A DNA stretch of 30,753 nt from Thermoplasmata archaeon (GTDB lineage: Archaea > Thermoplasmatota > E2 > DHVEG-1), in NCBI GenBank assembly GCA_030637965.1, contig DAOWFO010000019.1, positions 1 through 30,753 of the forward strand, read 5' to 3'. The notes under the pieces are model-generated. The model ran no database searches. It had not been told where the DNA came from and saw nothing but the letters and a program-made list of their open reading frames with translations. Of this stretch, positions 1 through 8,893 are shown piece by piece. How positions within the stretch are numbered: the stretch's first letter is position 1; every line of letters starts with the position of its first letter. The position numbers were made by a program, and so were the translations under genes.

Positions 1-755
1 TCTTCTGGTCCATCGTATTCGCCATCTATTGAAAACATCTTCCTCATTGGTTTAAATTCTGTCTGTTCCTCATATACATGAGCAGTAAGACCAGCAACTC
101 TTCCAATTAAAAAGAATGCTTTACCCAGTTTCCAGTCAAAATCCATATCAGAAATTATCGCTGCTATTGCACCATCCACATTTATCGGAAGTTTCTTTCC
201 TTTTGATATCTCAAGTTCTTTTTCTATTGCTTTAGATAGAGCGATATTGTCTCCAGTAATTTTCAATTCTTCTGCAAGTGAAAAAAGCCTTTCGGTGCGA
301 GGATCTGAAGTGTGAACTCTATGACCAAATCCAAGGATTCGTTTGTTCTGTTCTATTGATTCTTTAACAAGAATTTTTGCTATTTCATCAAATGACTTGA
401 CTTCTTTTTTCATCCTAGATATTCCTTCTTGAAAAAACTTTGCACCTTTTTCAATGGCTCCACCATGTGCATCACCAATAGATAGAATCCCTGCAGCAAC
501 AGCTGTAGGGAGCGGTACTCCACCAGAGGCAACAGATCTTGCAGCAATAGAAGATGGTGGTGTTAAACCATGATCAATACAGGCGGTTAGAATTGCATCC
601 ATCATATGGCCATGTTCTTTAGATGGCAATTCTCCTTTTAAAAGTAAATATACTACATTAGAATAAGATATATTACCTATCAAATCCTCTTGCCTATAGC
701 CCTTTGTTACCAGATGGTTCGGCTCTACTTTAGTAATTTTTGTAGTCCATTTCAT
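1..755 (-). CDS. Citryl-CoA lyase / short citrate-synthase-family protein (3' end truncated by window; missing from ORF track)
   Basis: Manual translation from ATG at 755: MKWTTKITKVEPNHLVTKGYRQEDLIG...DHGLTPPSSIAARSVASGG...GDAHGGA...GFGHRVHTSDPR...NVDGAIAA...GRVAGLTAH...EYDGPE. Citrate-synthase-fold His/His/Asp motifs are present. Starts 3 nt after the citF stop. Confidence 0.85.
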   Translation of the reverse strand, partial: MKWTTKITKVEPNHLVTKGYRQEDLIGNISYSNVVYLLLKGELPSKEHGHMMDAILTACIDHGLTPPSSIAARSVASGGVPLPTAVAAGILSIGDAHGGAIEKGAKFFQEGISRMKKEVKSFDEIAKILVKESIEQNKRILGFGHRVHTSDPRTERLFSLAEELKITGDNIALSKAIEKELEISKGKKLPINVDGAIAAIISDMDFDWKLGKAFFLIGRVAGLTAHVYEEQTEFKPMRKMFSIDGEYDGPE

Positions 756-758
756 TTT

Positions 759-2252
759 TCATTCCAACCCTTTTACCTTTTTAATAATATCTAATACAGT
801 ACCATCAAACCATTTAGTGCAACCAACAAGTCGATCCTCAAATTCTAACTCTTGAGGACCACCTGTTGCATCATAAGCTAATTCTTTTAATTCTTCTATT
901 TGAACGATATCGATTTTTCCTTTTAGATTTTCAATTAAGTCTTCTCTTTTTGGATTTATTGCAATTCCCTTGTCCGTTACAATTGCATCAACTACTTCTC
1001 CAGGTGTTGATATTGTTGTAACTTTTTCTCTAACAATTGGATTTTTTTTTCTGAATATTGGACATGTTATAATACATAGTGACGCTCCAGCAGCCGTGTC
1101 CTGATGGCCACCTATACCGTGAAGCATTCGTCCATCGCTGTGAGTGTTTACATTTACATTGAAATTAATATCAACCTCAGTTGCACCTAACACAACAGTG
1201 TCAAGTCCATCTATTGTTCTACCCTTAGATGTAGGGTCAGCATAATGACCGATATCTGCAGGTATCCCCAGAGTTTCTTGAACGAAATTTACAGCATAGT
1301 CATCAAAAACTTGAGAATAATATAGATTCCTAACATGTCCTGCTTTATAAATGTCAACAATAAGTTTAGTTAAACCACCTGTTGCAGTTGATGCTATAAC
1401 TTTTTTTTCTTCAAGTCTTTCACCAAGATATTTCATTGCAGCAAGAGATATTCCTCCTGCTCCTGACTGAAAAATCATTCCATCCTTTATTATTTCTGCT
1501 GCATCCATTAAATCAACACAGTCTCGTGCTATTTTAAGTTCCATAGGGTCGTCAGTTATTTTTGTTGTCCCTGACATAATATTTGATGAATCTCCAATTC
1601 TATCAATTTGTGCAACATAATCAACATATCTTTCTTGAATTTCTTGATATTTACATGGGTAATCAATAATACTGTCTGTTACCATAATTACATAATCCGC
1701 ATGCATTGCATCAACTTGCGAATAAGAAATTGGACCAAATGCACTCTTCCCAATTATTCCTGTTGAATTTCCTCGTTCATCGGAAGCTGATGCAGCAATA
1801 ACTGCAATATCTATATGTAATTCATCTTTTTTTATTGCAGCCCATCTTCCACCGTGAGAACGTAAAACAACTGGATAAGGTAAAGGATTTCTGGAAATAT
1901 AATCTCCAACTACACCGTTTATACTACCCTCTATACGTGTAACAATTCCTTCTTTAATCAGATCAATAATAGGATTATGTACATTAAACATAGCAGTCTG
2001 TGCTATCATAATGTTTTTAACACCAAGATTGAGCACTGTTTCAAGGGTTTTATTAATTACAAAATCACCATTACGAAGTTGATGATGAAATGAAAGAGTC
2101 ATACCATCTTTTAGACCGCATTTTTTTAATGCATCAGAAAGATTGGTAATTTTTGAAGAATAATTATGTTTTTTTGCACCTGAAAATGGTTTAAATGTTT
2201 CACCAGAAATATCTGTTTCAATTAACCTTCCAGCTGCATTTACAACTTTCAT
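759..2252 (-). CDS. citF: Citrate lyase alpha subunit / citrate CoA-transferase family
   Basis: 497 aa; CitF-type motifs SFHHQLRNGD, RSHGGR, QSGAGG, EVDINFNVNV, GGHQDTA, TPGEVVDAIVTDKGIAINP. Confidence 0.9.
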   Translation of the reverse strand: MKVVNAAGRLIETDISGETFKPFSGAKKHNYSSKITNLSDALKKCGLKDGMTLSFHHQLRNGDFVINKTLETVLNLGVKNIMIAQTAMFNVHNPIIDLIKEGIVTRIEGSINGVVGDYISRNPLPYPVVLRSHGGRWAAIKKDELHIDIAVIAASASDERGNSTGIIGKSAFGPISYSQVDAMHADYVIMVTDSIIDYPCKYQEIQERYVDYVAQIDRIGDSSNIMSGTTKITDDPMELKIARDCVDLMDAAEIIKDGMIFQSGAGGISLAAMKYLGERLEEKKVIASTATGGLTKLIVDIYKAGHVRNLYYSQVFDDYAVNFVQETLGIPADIGHYADPTSKGRTIDGLDTVVLGATEVDINFNVNVNTHSDGRMLHGIGGHQDTAAGASLCIITCPIFRKKNPIVREKVTTISTPGEVVDAIVTDKGIAINPKREDLIENLKGKIDIVQIEELKELAYDATGGPQELEFEDRLVGCTKWFDGTVLDIIKKVKGLE

Positions 2253-2256
2253 AAGT

Positions 2257-2778
2257 TTAACCCAAAGATTTCCTTATTTCAAAATCAATAAAATCACAAT
2301 GATTAACAATAATTGATTCAGGATTTCTTTCTGTTATATCCCCCTCTTTAGAATGCGCGTAAATAATGTATATGATTTCATCTGGAAGACCTAACTCTTT
2401 AGCAAGTAAAGCACCGGATACAGGATGACGGAATTTTTTTGCAGAATCGCATTTTATATATTTACCATTTTTAAATTCATATTCCAATAGTTTACCGACA
2501 TCATGAAGAAGAGCTCCCGCGATTAAATAATCATTATTTATATTCTCTTTTCTTTGTTCCAATATTTTTTTCGCAAGTCTTGTAATACGTTTAGTGTGAT
2601 CAGTTAATTTACCAGAGTTTTCAATTAGAAGGGTAAAAGGTGCATCATCTAGTTTTTTCCATTTTCCACGATCAGATGCCACCTTCCAAACTTGGACAAC
2701 TTTAACTCTTATTTCATTATCTTTTATCCATTTTAATTCTTCTGAAAAACAAGTTTCGATATCACTTTTTTCAACCAT
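2257..2778 (-). CDS. HD-domain (HDIG) metal-dependent phosphohydrolase
   Basis: H(TKR)...GALLHDVGK...RHPVSG...YAH...HCD HD-superfamily motifs. Probable start is ATG 2778 (track starts at GTG 2787). Ends 4 nt before citF. Confidence 0.85.
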   Translation of the reverse strand: MVEKSDIETCFSEELKWIKDNEIRVKVVQVWKVASDRGKWKKLDDAPFTLLIENSGKLTDHTKRITRLAKKILEQRKENINNDYLIAGALLHDVGKLLEYEFKNGKYIKCDSAKKFRHPVSGALLAKELGLPDEIIYIIYAHSKEGDITERNPESIIVNHCDFIDFEIRKSLG

Positions 2779-2904
2779 AGATAACACCCAATGTACTCCT
2801 GTAATTCATATCTATTTATTAACGTTCTGTTTAGAAATATAAATTATTATAACTAATTATAAATAGTAATTTTTTAAAAAAATTGAAATTAGGTTAAAAG
2901 ATAT

Positions 2905-3138
2905 TCAATCAAAGTCTGACCCTAAATCATAACCGCAATACGAACATTCATTTCCATCTAAAGATTGATTACAATTTGGACAAGTATATTCATCATCATA
3001 CTTTTGTTCTTCTGCATTGATTGTGCAACCACATTCTGGACATATATATAACTGTGAAGATTCTAATTGCAATAAATTCATTTTTGTTCCGCAATTTGGA
3101 CATATCCATATTTCTTTTAATTCAGTTTTTGCGTCCAT
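2905..3138 (-). CDS. Small double zinc-ribbon protein (4 CxxC)
   Basis: CPNC, CPEC, CPNC, CSYC. GGAG precedes ATG 3138 (track start 3159). Confidence 0.75.
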   Translation of the reverse strand: MDAKTELKEIWICPNCGTKMNLLQLESSQLYICPECGCTINAEEQKYDDEYTCPNCNQSLDGNECSYCGYDLGSDFD

Positions 3139-3265
3139 ATACAACAACTCCAATATCATTTAAGATTATTCTACCCTCTGGTACATATAATATATAAACT
3201 TAATGTGGAAAAATACCAATATGAAAAAATTACCTAAATTTTCACCATTTATAAATCAATATAAA

Positions 3266-3338
3266 GGGAAGGAGAAGAGGTGATTTAGAGGGTATCGGAT
3301 GGGTATTCTCTAAATAAAATTGGGTTACTTTCCTTCCC
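3266..3338. other. Intergenic nested stem-loop (candidate structured RNA)
   Basis: GGGAAGGA 3266-3273 pairs with TCCTTCCC 3331-3338. Inner 13-bp stem 3284-3296/3302-3314 has 3 G.U pairs on the + strand. Confidence 0.45.
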
Positions 3339-3524
3339 AATCGCTAATTAATAATAAGAGAATATTAGATTTAAATGTCCTTTTCGCAGATAGTTATGTA
3401 GATGTATATGAACATCGATAAAAAATATCAGGTGATTAGCCGAGAATTCAGATAATAGATAATAATTGTAAAGAAACATTTAATAATTAATATTTATAAA
3501 TTAATATATCGTAGCGGAGTTTAT

Positions 3525-4808
3525 ATGTCTTCCAAGCCTAAATTAAAGATTAAACTAAAAAAAATTGATGCAATAATTGTAGTTATTTTGTTAGTTATTG
3601 CTGGACTTGTATTAGTTAAGGCGGGATATGTAGCTCCTCTGCAGAAAGACATATCTGAGCCAACTCCAGATGATATAGAGGATATACCTCCACTTCCAAT
3701 ACCTACGCCACCAGAATCGATAACGATGGGGTACATGAGAGCTGTTTCTCCAGAGGATGAAGGAGTTCATTTTAACAAAATAAATATATGTAGGGAATGG
3801 TGGTATTTTAGCGCAGTTTTTGATGAAAGTAGCGATTTGAATGGATGGGTGGTGTCCATTAGCTTCAACCATATGGCGCGTAGTGATCTGCTTGGTACAT
3901 CAAAACCAGACCTTATGGTATTAACATTACATGGACCAAATGGCGAAGAATATGGAGGTATGATAAATAAGGAAAGAGGACTTGGGATAATCAAACAACC
4001 TACATTGAAAGCAAAAACCCCTGGAGTAAGTGTTAGATTCGAAGATTCATGGGCGGAAGGAGAATCACCTGAATGGCATGTTCATGCTGAAGATAATGAC
4101 ATTGACAAAAGCCACGATATCATTATTGATCTAGATTATTTCGCACCATTTGCTCCTGTGTGGACCGTTGGAGAAAGAGCTTTTCAAAAATCAAAAAGTA
4201 ATATCGCAAGCTACATGTTTACAGGATGCAATATAACCGGAACTGTCCAAATTGATGGAAAAGAATATACAGTGAAAGGAACAGGACATCATGAACATTC
4301 TTGGTCGCCAAAAATTGTAACAAGAGGATCAATCAATGGATGGGATTGGTCACATATAACATTAGATAATGGATGGAACTTATACTATTCAAATTATTAT
4401 CAAACTCCACAATATATATCATCCTTAACATCAAAAGTTAATCCTTTTGGATCATTAGTCATAACTACAGATAAAGGAAACTCTATTACTGTATTCAATA
4501 ATATAAACCCTGAAATAACAAAATCTGATGATGAATTATTCCCTTTTGTAAAAATGCCTACTGAAATTAATATAAATGCAGTAGCAGGGATTGAACAACC
4601 ATTATTATCCACCTATAATATTGAGCTTGATATTGAATTATCTGCTAGAAATACATGCGAAAAAGTATGGAAGTTTCCAACATATGTAGGAATGACTGTA
4701 GGAATGAATACCATAAGCGGTACAATATCATGGATAGACGATGAGGGAAACCATGAATTAGAATTGAACGGAGTGGGTGTAATTTGGAGTATGAGGGCAC
4801 TTTTATAG
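3525..4808 (+). CDS. Membrane-anchored AttH/CrtC-like (lipocalin-like, hydratase-fold) protein
   Basis: Basic N-terminus plus hydrophobic helix (IDAIIVVILLVIAGLVLV), Pro-rich linker, then EWWYF, GHHEHSW and GWDWSHITLDNG motifs typical of CrtC/AttH-like double beta-barrels. Confidence 0.65.
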   Translation: MSSKPKLKIKLKKIDAIIVVILLVIAGLVLVKAGYVAPLQKDISEPTPDDIEDIPPLPIPTPPESITMGYMRAVSPEDEGVHFNKINICREWWYFSAVFDESSDLNGWVVSISFNHMARSDLLGTSKPDLMVLTLHGPNGEEYGGMINKERGLGIIKQPTLKAKTPGVSVRFEDSWAEGESPEWHVHAEDNDIDKSHDIIIDLDYFAPFAPVWTVGERAFQKSKSNIASYMFTGCNITGTVQIDGKEYTVKGTGHHEHSWSPKIVTRGSINGWDWSHITLDNGWNLYYSNYYQTPQYISSLTSKVNPFGSLVITTDKGNSITVFNNINPEITKSDDELFPFVKMPTEININAVAGIEQPLLSTYNIELDIELSARNTCEKVWKFPTYVGMTVGMNTISGTISWIDDEGNHELELNGVGVIWSMRALL

Positions 4809-5053
4809 TATCTAACACCATTCTAAAAAGGGTATATTCTCCGGTTTTATTAAATTTTGAAAAATTATTGAATCCTCTTTCACTCCTAGGAAACTATGAT
4901 AACTCTAGTGATATAATAAACTAAAATTTTTTTTTACTTAATTTTATCTCCATATTAAGAAAATTATTAAAGAAATGTTTGTTTTTAATTGGATTTTTTT
5001 AAACTTTTTTGAATTTTAATGTTTAATTATGATATATGTTAACTTTATAAGGA

Positions 5054-5063
5054 AACATATGTT
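5054..5063. promoter_or_regulatory. Palindrome AACATATGTT just downstream of a TATA-like box; possible autoregulatory operator of the Lrp gene
   Basis: Perfect 10-bp palindrome next to CTTTATAA (5043-5050). It is AT-rich, so it may be chance. Confidence 0.2.
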
Positions 5064-5097
5064 GTCTATTTGTAAATTAAAAGGAGATATGTCTGTT

Positions 5098-5625
5098 ATG
5101 GCCAGAAGTAGCATGAAACAAATTGAAAACGATGAAATAAAAATTATTCTTGAATTACAAAAAAATGCAAGAGAAAGTATAGACAAAATTGCAGAAAGAT
5201 GTAATTTTTCAAGACAGAAAGTTTGGAGAATCATGAATAAACTTGAGGAGAAAAATAAGATTTGGGGATATACTGCTGTAACCGATGATGAAAAAATGGG
5301 TGTTAACAGATATTTTGTGCTTATCAAACGAACTTTAACACCGCTTACAAATGATTTGGCTGAAAAAATTGTTAAAAGAGATATAGAAAAATCAATCGCA
5401 AAAGAGGCAATCACTATTGAAAATAGCTATTTTGTCCATGGAAAATATGATTGGATTATTTGTTTAACCGCTGAAAATATCAAACAAGCAAAAAAATTCT
5501 GTGATATTTTACAAAATGTATATTATGGATACATCGCAAATATAATAATTTTAGAAAATCTATTCTCCATTCGTAACCATGGTCTGTTAAATCCTAATAA
5601 AGATGAAATAAAAGATTTTTTATGA
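5098..5625 (+). CDS. Lrp/AsnC-family transcriptional regulator
   Basis: HTH IDKIAERCNFSRQKVWRIMNKLEE..IWGYTAV plus C-terminal RAM-like domain (GKYDWII). AAGGAG at 5081-5086 favours ATG 5098 over track start 5029. Confidence 0.85.
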   Translation: MARSSMKQIENDEIKIILELQKNARESIDKIAERCNFSRQKVWRIMNKLEEKNKIWGYTAVTDDEKMGVNRYFVLIKRTLTPLTNDLAEKIVKRDIEKSIAKEAITIENSYFVHGKYDWIICLTAENIKQAKKFCDILQNVYYGYIANIIILENLFSIRNHGLLNPNKDEIKDFL

Positions 5626-5726
5626 AATAACACAATTAGATAAAATCTATGAAGGAGAATTTACAAATTATTGGTATTTTAACGGGTGTCTCTGCTTCAA
5701 TTTTATAATATATTTATTTGCATATT

Positions 5727-6110
5727 TTATTGTATAGTTACTAATGCCTTCTCAGCATCTAATAAAACGGTGTCTCCTTCTTTTATTTTTAATATATCAA
5801 TTTTATCTACACAAGGTATCCCTGCAAGTATGACACCGGTTGCAACAATCGTCTCAGTCTCTTCATTAATTATACCTCTTGGTGCTACACCATTTTTCTT
5901 AAGTCCATAGATTACATAAGAACCTACGGTTGAACCTTTTCCGCATGGAAAAACTAGAATTTTATCTTTAACACATCTTCCTTTAAGTGGATGCTCTTCT
6001 TCAATAACAATGCCAGTATTACTATCAATTCCACCATAGAAACCTATCGGTTCATTTGACACAATTGCAATTCCCTTTGCTCTTCCTGGATATATTGTTC
6101 TTCCTTTCAT
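5727..6110 (-). CDS. Phosphomevalonate dehydratase small subunit (AcnX swivel domain, DUF126)
   Basis: 127 aa; ILVFPCGKGSTVGS motif with putative catalytic Ser; ATGA overlap with the large subunit. Confidence 0.85.
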   Translation of the reverse strand: MKGRTIYPGRAKGIAIVSNEPIGFYGGIDSNTGIVIEEEHPLKGRCVKDKILVFPCGKGSTVGSYVIYGLKKNGVAPRGIINEETETIVATGVILAGIPCVDKIDILKIKEGDTVLLDAEKALVTIQ

Positions 6111-7291
6111 GCTTGCCCCTTTATAAGTTTATCAATATTCGAAAATACAACTTGCTGCTTACAAAATCCGGGCAAATAATTAGCGGCCTTACCAGAATTT
6201 ACCCCCGTTGTTTTATATCCCATCTTCTCAATAGGTGAAACAACCATACAAGTATCTGCTACAACATTACCTCCAGCCCTCTCAATTATTTCAGTAAAGC
6301 CCATTCTATCTGCAACCTCCTTCATAATCCTAGAGGTGCATACCCAAACAGGTTTTTTCAGTTTTTTATCTTTAAGTTTCTCAGAAATTACTGAAATCTC
6401 CTTAATAGATGCATGGGGACATCCAAGAATCACAATGTCTGGGTCTTTACCAGTATTTAATTTTTCATATGTTTCTTCTATTTCTTTTTTTCCGATATCG
6501 ATTGTTTCCAAACCATCTTTTTCTATCAAATCAGCTTCTGGGGTTAGTTCCTTAACATGATACAATGCAACAGCTCCAGAAGCAGCCATTGCAGCTCCGA
6601 GAGCTTTCAATTGATCAGTATTTGCATTTTTAATGCCGGTAAAGTATGGAATCTTGTTTTTTATCATTTTACCAACAAGATATCCTAATGCACTAAAATC
6701 CGAGTTGAAAATCATATCTACATCAATCCTTATTTTAATATTAGGTTGTCTTTTTTCCCAAATATGCAAACCGTAGTTTGGTGTTCTACCGCATATAGCA
6801 GCAGCAAGGGCAGAAGGGCCCCCCTCTCTATTAGTTCTTGCCCCAATAACTGAATTCGAAAACGAAACAGCAGAAGATTCTGACCAAGCAATATGTTCTC
6901 TAAACCTTGGAAGATTTCCAGCTAGATACGGCGTACAAGTAGACGTAACTACAATACCCATTTTCTTAAATGCATCCATAATACGAAGTTGGTTTTTTGC
7001 AAAATCTTTAGGGAATCCAAGTTTGTCCCAGTTTTCAAGATCCATGCCAGCAGGATTAAGATAAGTGAGGACTTGAACTTTGGCACCTTTTGAAGCCATA
7101 TCCTCTAAAAATTCAACTCCAGGATCACCGATTGATTTATAAGATACACCTGCAACTTGGACAGAACCAATAGGGATCATTCTGTCAGCACCATAAATAT
7201 CCCCGAGTCTTACAAGCAGTCTGAACATCCTTTCAAATATCTCACTTTTTTCCCCCTCTAGAATTTTTTCTTCTTCTTTAGTTAGATACAT
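6107..7291 (-). CDS. Phosphomevalonate dehydratase large subunit (aconitase X, DUF521)
   Basis: MYLTKEEEKIL start; Fe-S Cys motifs CTPY, GCPH, DTC; WSESSAV and TNREGG; in an operon with mvk and ubiD. Confidence 0.88.
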   Translation of the reverse strand: MYLTKEEEKILEGEKSEIFERMFRLLVRLGDIYGADRMIPIGSVQVAGVSYKSIGDPGVEFLEDMASKGAKVQVLTYLNPAGMDLENWDKLGFPKDFAKNQLRIMDAFKKMGIVVTSTCTPYLAGNLPRFREHIAWSESSAVSFSNSVIGARTNREGGPSALAAAICGRTPNYGLHIWEKRQPNIKIRIDVDMIFNSDFSALGYLVGKMIKNKIPYFTGIKNANTDQLKALGAAMAASGAVALYHVKELTPEADLIEKDGLETIDIGKKEIEETYEKLNTGKDPDIVILGCPHASIKEISVISEKLKDKKLKKPVWVCTSRIMKEVADRMGFTEIIERAGGNVVADTCMVVSPIEKMGYKTTGVNSGKAANYLPGFCKQQVVFSNIDKLIKGQA

Positions 7292-7599
7292 TCTATTAAA
7301 CTCCTACAATTTTCAACAATTTTATCAATATCTGCTTTAGATGCACTATCTATATGTATGCCACCAAGAGCAACTACTTTTGTGTTATATTTTTTACATG
7401 CTTCTTCTGCAATAGGTTTTAACACAATATAATCATAATGTCCTTCTAATCTTATAACATCTGTTTCTTTTTCAGGTTCACAAACAACAATACCACCAAG
7501 ATGCGATTTTTCTCCTCCACCTAAAATATAGATTCTATCAATACCAATTTCTATCTGTTTTAACCATACTTTGAATTTACCTTTACCCAAGGTAATCAT
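7282..7599 (-). CDS. LpdD-like prenylated-FMN chaperone (proteasome-assembly-chaperone-like fold)
   Basis: IG.D...GG..(S)HLG...GHYD...GGIHID.AS..DI matches the recalled LpdD pattern (IG.D..GG..PHIG...H.D...GIH). It overlaps both neighbours. Start could be 7599, 7605 or TTG 7608. Confidence 0.7.
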   Translation of the reverse strand: MITLGKGKFKVWLKQIEIGIDRIYILGGGEKSHLGGIVVCEPEKETDVIRLEGHYDYIVLKPIAEEACKKYNTKVVALGGIHIDSASKADIDKIVENCRSLIECI

Positions 7600-8893
7600 T
7601 GACATCAACTTTTTTATATTTTACAATTTCATATTTGTTTCTATCAATGTCAAATGGGAGGGTTGCATCAATACCTACTTTTGTTGTTAGAGTCTTCTTT
7701 CCTGACTCATGTTTGCCAGAAGGATCAAGAGAACTTCCAGGTTGATTGGGTTTTATTATAAGGTCTTTATTTCCTTGGAAACGTGTTGCTATGGCCCATT
7801 CAACAGCATTTGGACTGTAAATATCTACGTCTTGTTCAACAATTATCACATGTTTCATACTTTTATGACCTTTAAATGCTGCCTCAATTGCATTTTTTGG
7901 ATCATCTGGATTTTTCTTATCGATCTGGACAATCCCATGAAGCCATGATCCTCCACCCATAGTAACAAGGACATTCTTACAATCAACTACTTTGCTTACC
8001 TCATCGTAAATTGTTGGTTCTTTAGGCATACCCATCAGTAATTTATGTTCTAATCTGCCGGGAATCAATGCTTGATATATTGCGTTTTTTCTATGAGTAA
8101 TATGATCGATAATGAAAACTGGCTCCTGTCTTTCAAAATCTCTCGTTTCAGTAAGATCAACAAAAGGTCCTTCCCTATCAAGGTCTCTCGTTAGTCTACC
8201 TTCAAAAACAAATTCAGAATAAGCAGGGACTTCAAGATCTTTTGTTATACATTTTACCATAGGAGTTTCATCAAGTGCATTAGCAATACCAAATTCATCA
8301 ACACCTGAAGGTGGACCAAGAGATGCTCCAACCATAACTGCAACAGAATTACCAATACAGACTGCCATCTCGAGATCTCCATCAATCTTATCATACGTAG
8401 TGCGAGTTTGTCTATTTTTGATAAGACGTGCAGTAAATTTATTTTTATCAATTTCCATTATACGGTGATATGAGACATTTCTACCTGTTTCAGGATCCTT
8501 TATAGTTGAAACTGTGGCTGAACCATATCTACCACCATCACCTTTTAAATGATATAAAAGTGGGATTTTACTTAAATCAGGATCTTTAATGATTATTTCT
8601 TGACAAGGAGCCTTATCTACCATTTTAGGTTTCTTTGGATTTCGTAAAGCATCAACCAGTTTAAACAGAAGTTTTTCTTTAGTTGTGCCTAAACCTTCGG
8701 CAATAATGTCACGATTTGAAGTAATACCACCAAAAACAGGGAAATTGAATCCTTTCACATTATCAAAGATAACTGGTTTCTCAGATAGAGAATACATAAT
8801 ATTTGCGATTTCAAATTCATGGGATACTTCTTTTTTTATACGTACTAGTTTCTCTTCATGTTCAAGTTTATCAAGAAAACCACGAAGCATCAT
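7583..8893 (-). CDS. UbiD-family prFMN decarboxylase; probable trans-anhydromevalonate 5-phosphate decarboxylase
   Basis: 436 aa; SYHR, EGPFVD, DIY...VEWAIATR, SSLDPS, KVGIDAT motifs; ATGA overlap with mvk. Confidence 0.88.
   Translation of the reverse strand: MMLRGFLDKLEHEEKLVRIKKEVSHEFEIANIMYSLSEKPVIFDNVKGFNFPVFGGITSNRDIIAEGLGTTKEKLLFKLVDALRNPKKPKMVDKAPCQEIIIKDPDLSKIPLLYHLKGDGGRYGSATVSTIKDPETGRNVSYHRIMEIDKNKFTARLIKNRQTRTTYDKIDGDLEMAVCIGNSVAVMVGASLGPPSGVDEFGIANALDETPMVKCITKDLEVPAYSEFVFEGRLTRDLDREGPFVDLTETRDFERQEPVFIIDHITHRKNAIYQALIPGRLEHKLLMGMPKEPTIYDEVSKVVDCKNVLVTMGGGSWLHGIVQIDKKNPDDPKNAIEAAFKGHKSMKHVIIVEQDVDIYSPNAVEWAIATRFQGNKDLIIKPNQPGSSLDPSGKHESGKKTLTTKVGIDATLPFDIDRNKYEIVKYKKVDVNDYLG

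Noticed and set aside
1-755. Ordinary citrate synthase or 2-methylcitrate synthase
   Set aside because: The N-terminus is very short and the visible C-terminal YDGP motif implies about 260 aa, which fits the Ccl-like short type. Synthase activity is not formally excluded.
5727-8893. AcnX as hydroxyproline dehydratase and UbiD as quinone or aromatic-acid decarboxylase
   Set aside because: Direct translational coupling to mevalonate kinase makes the MVA assignment more parsimonious.
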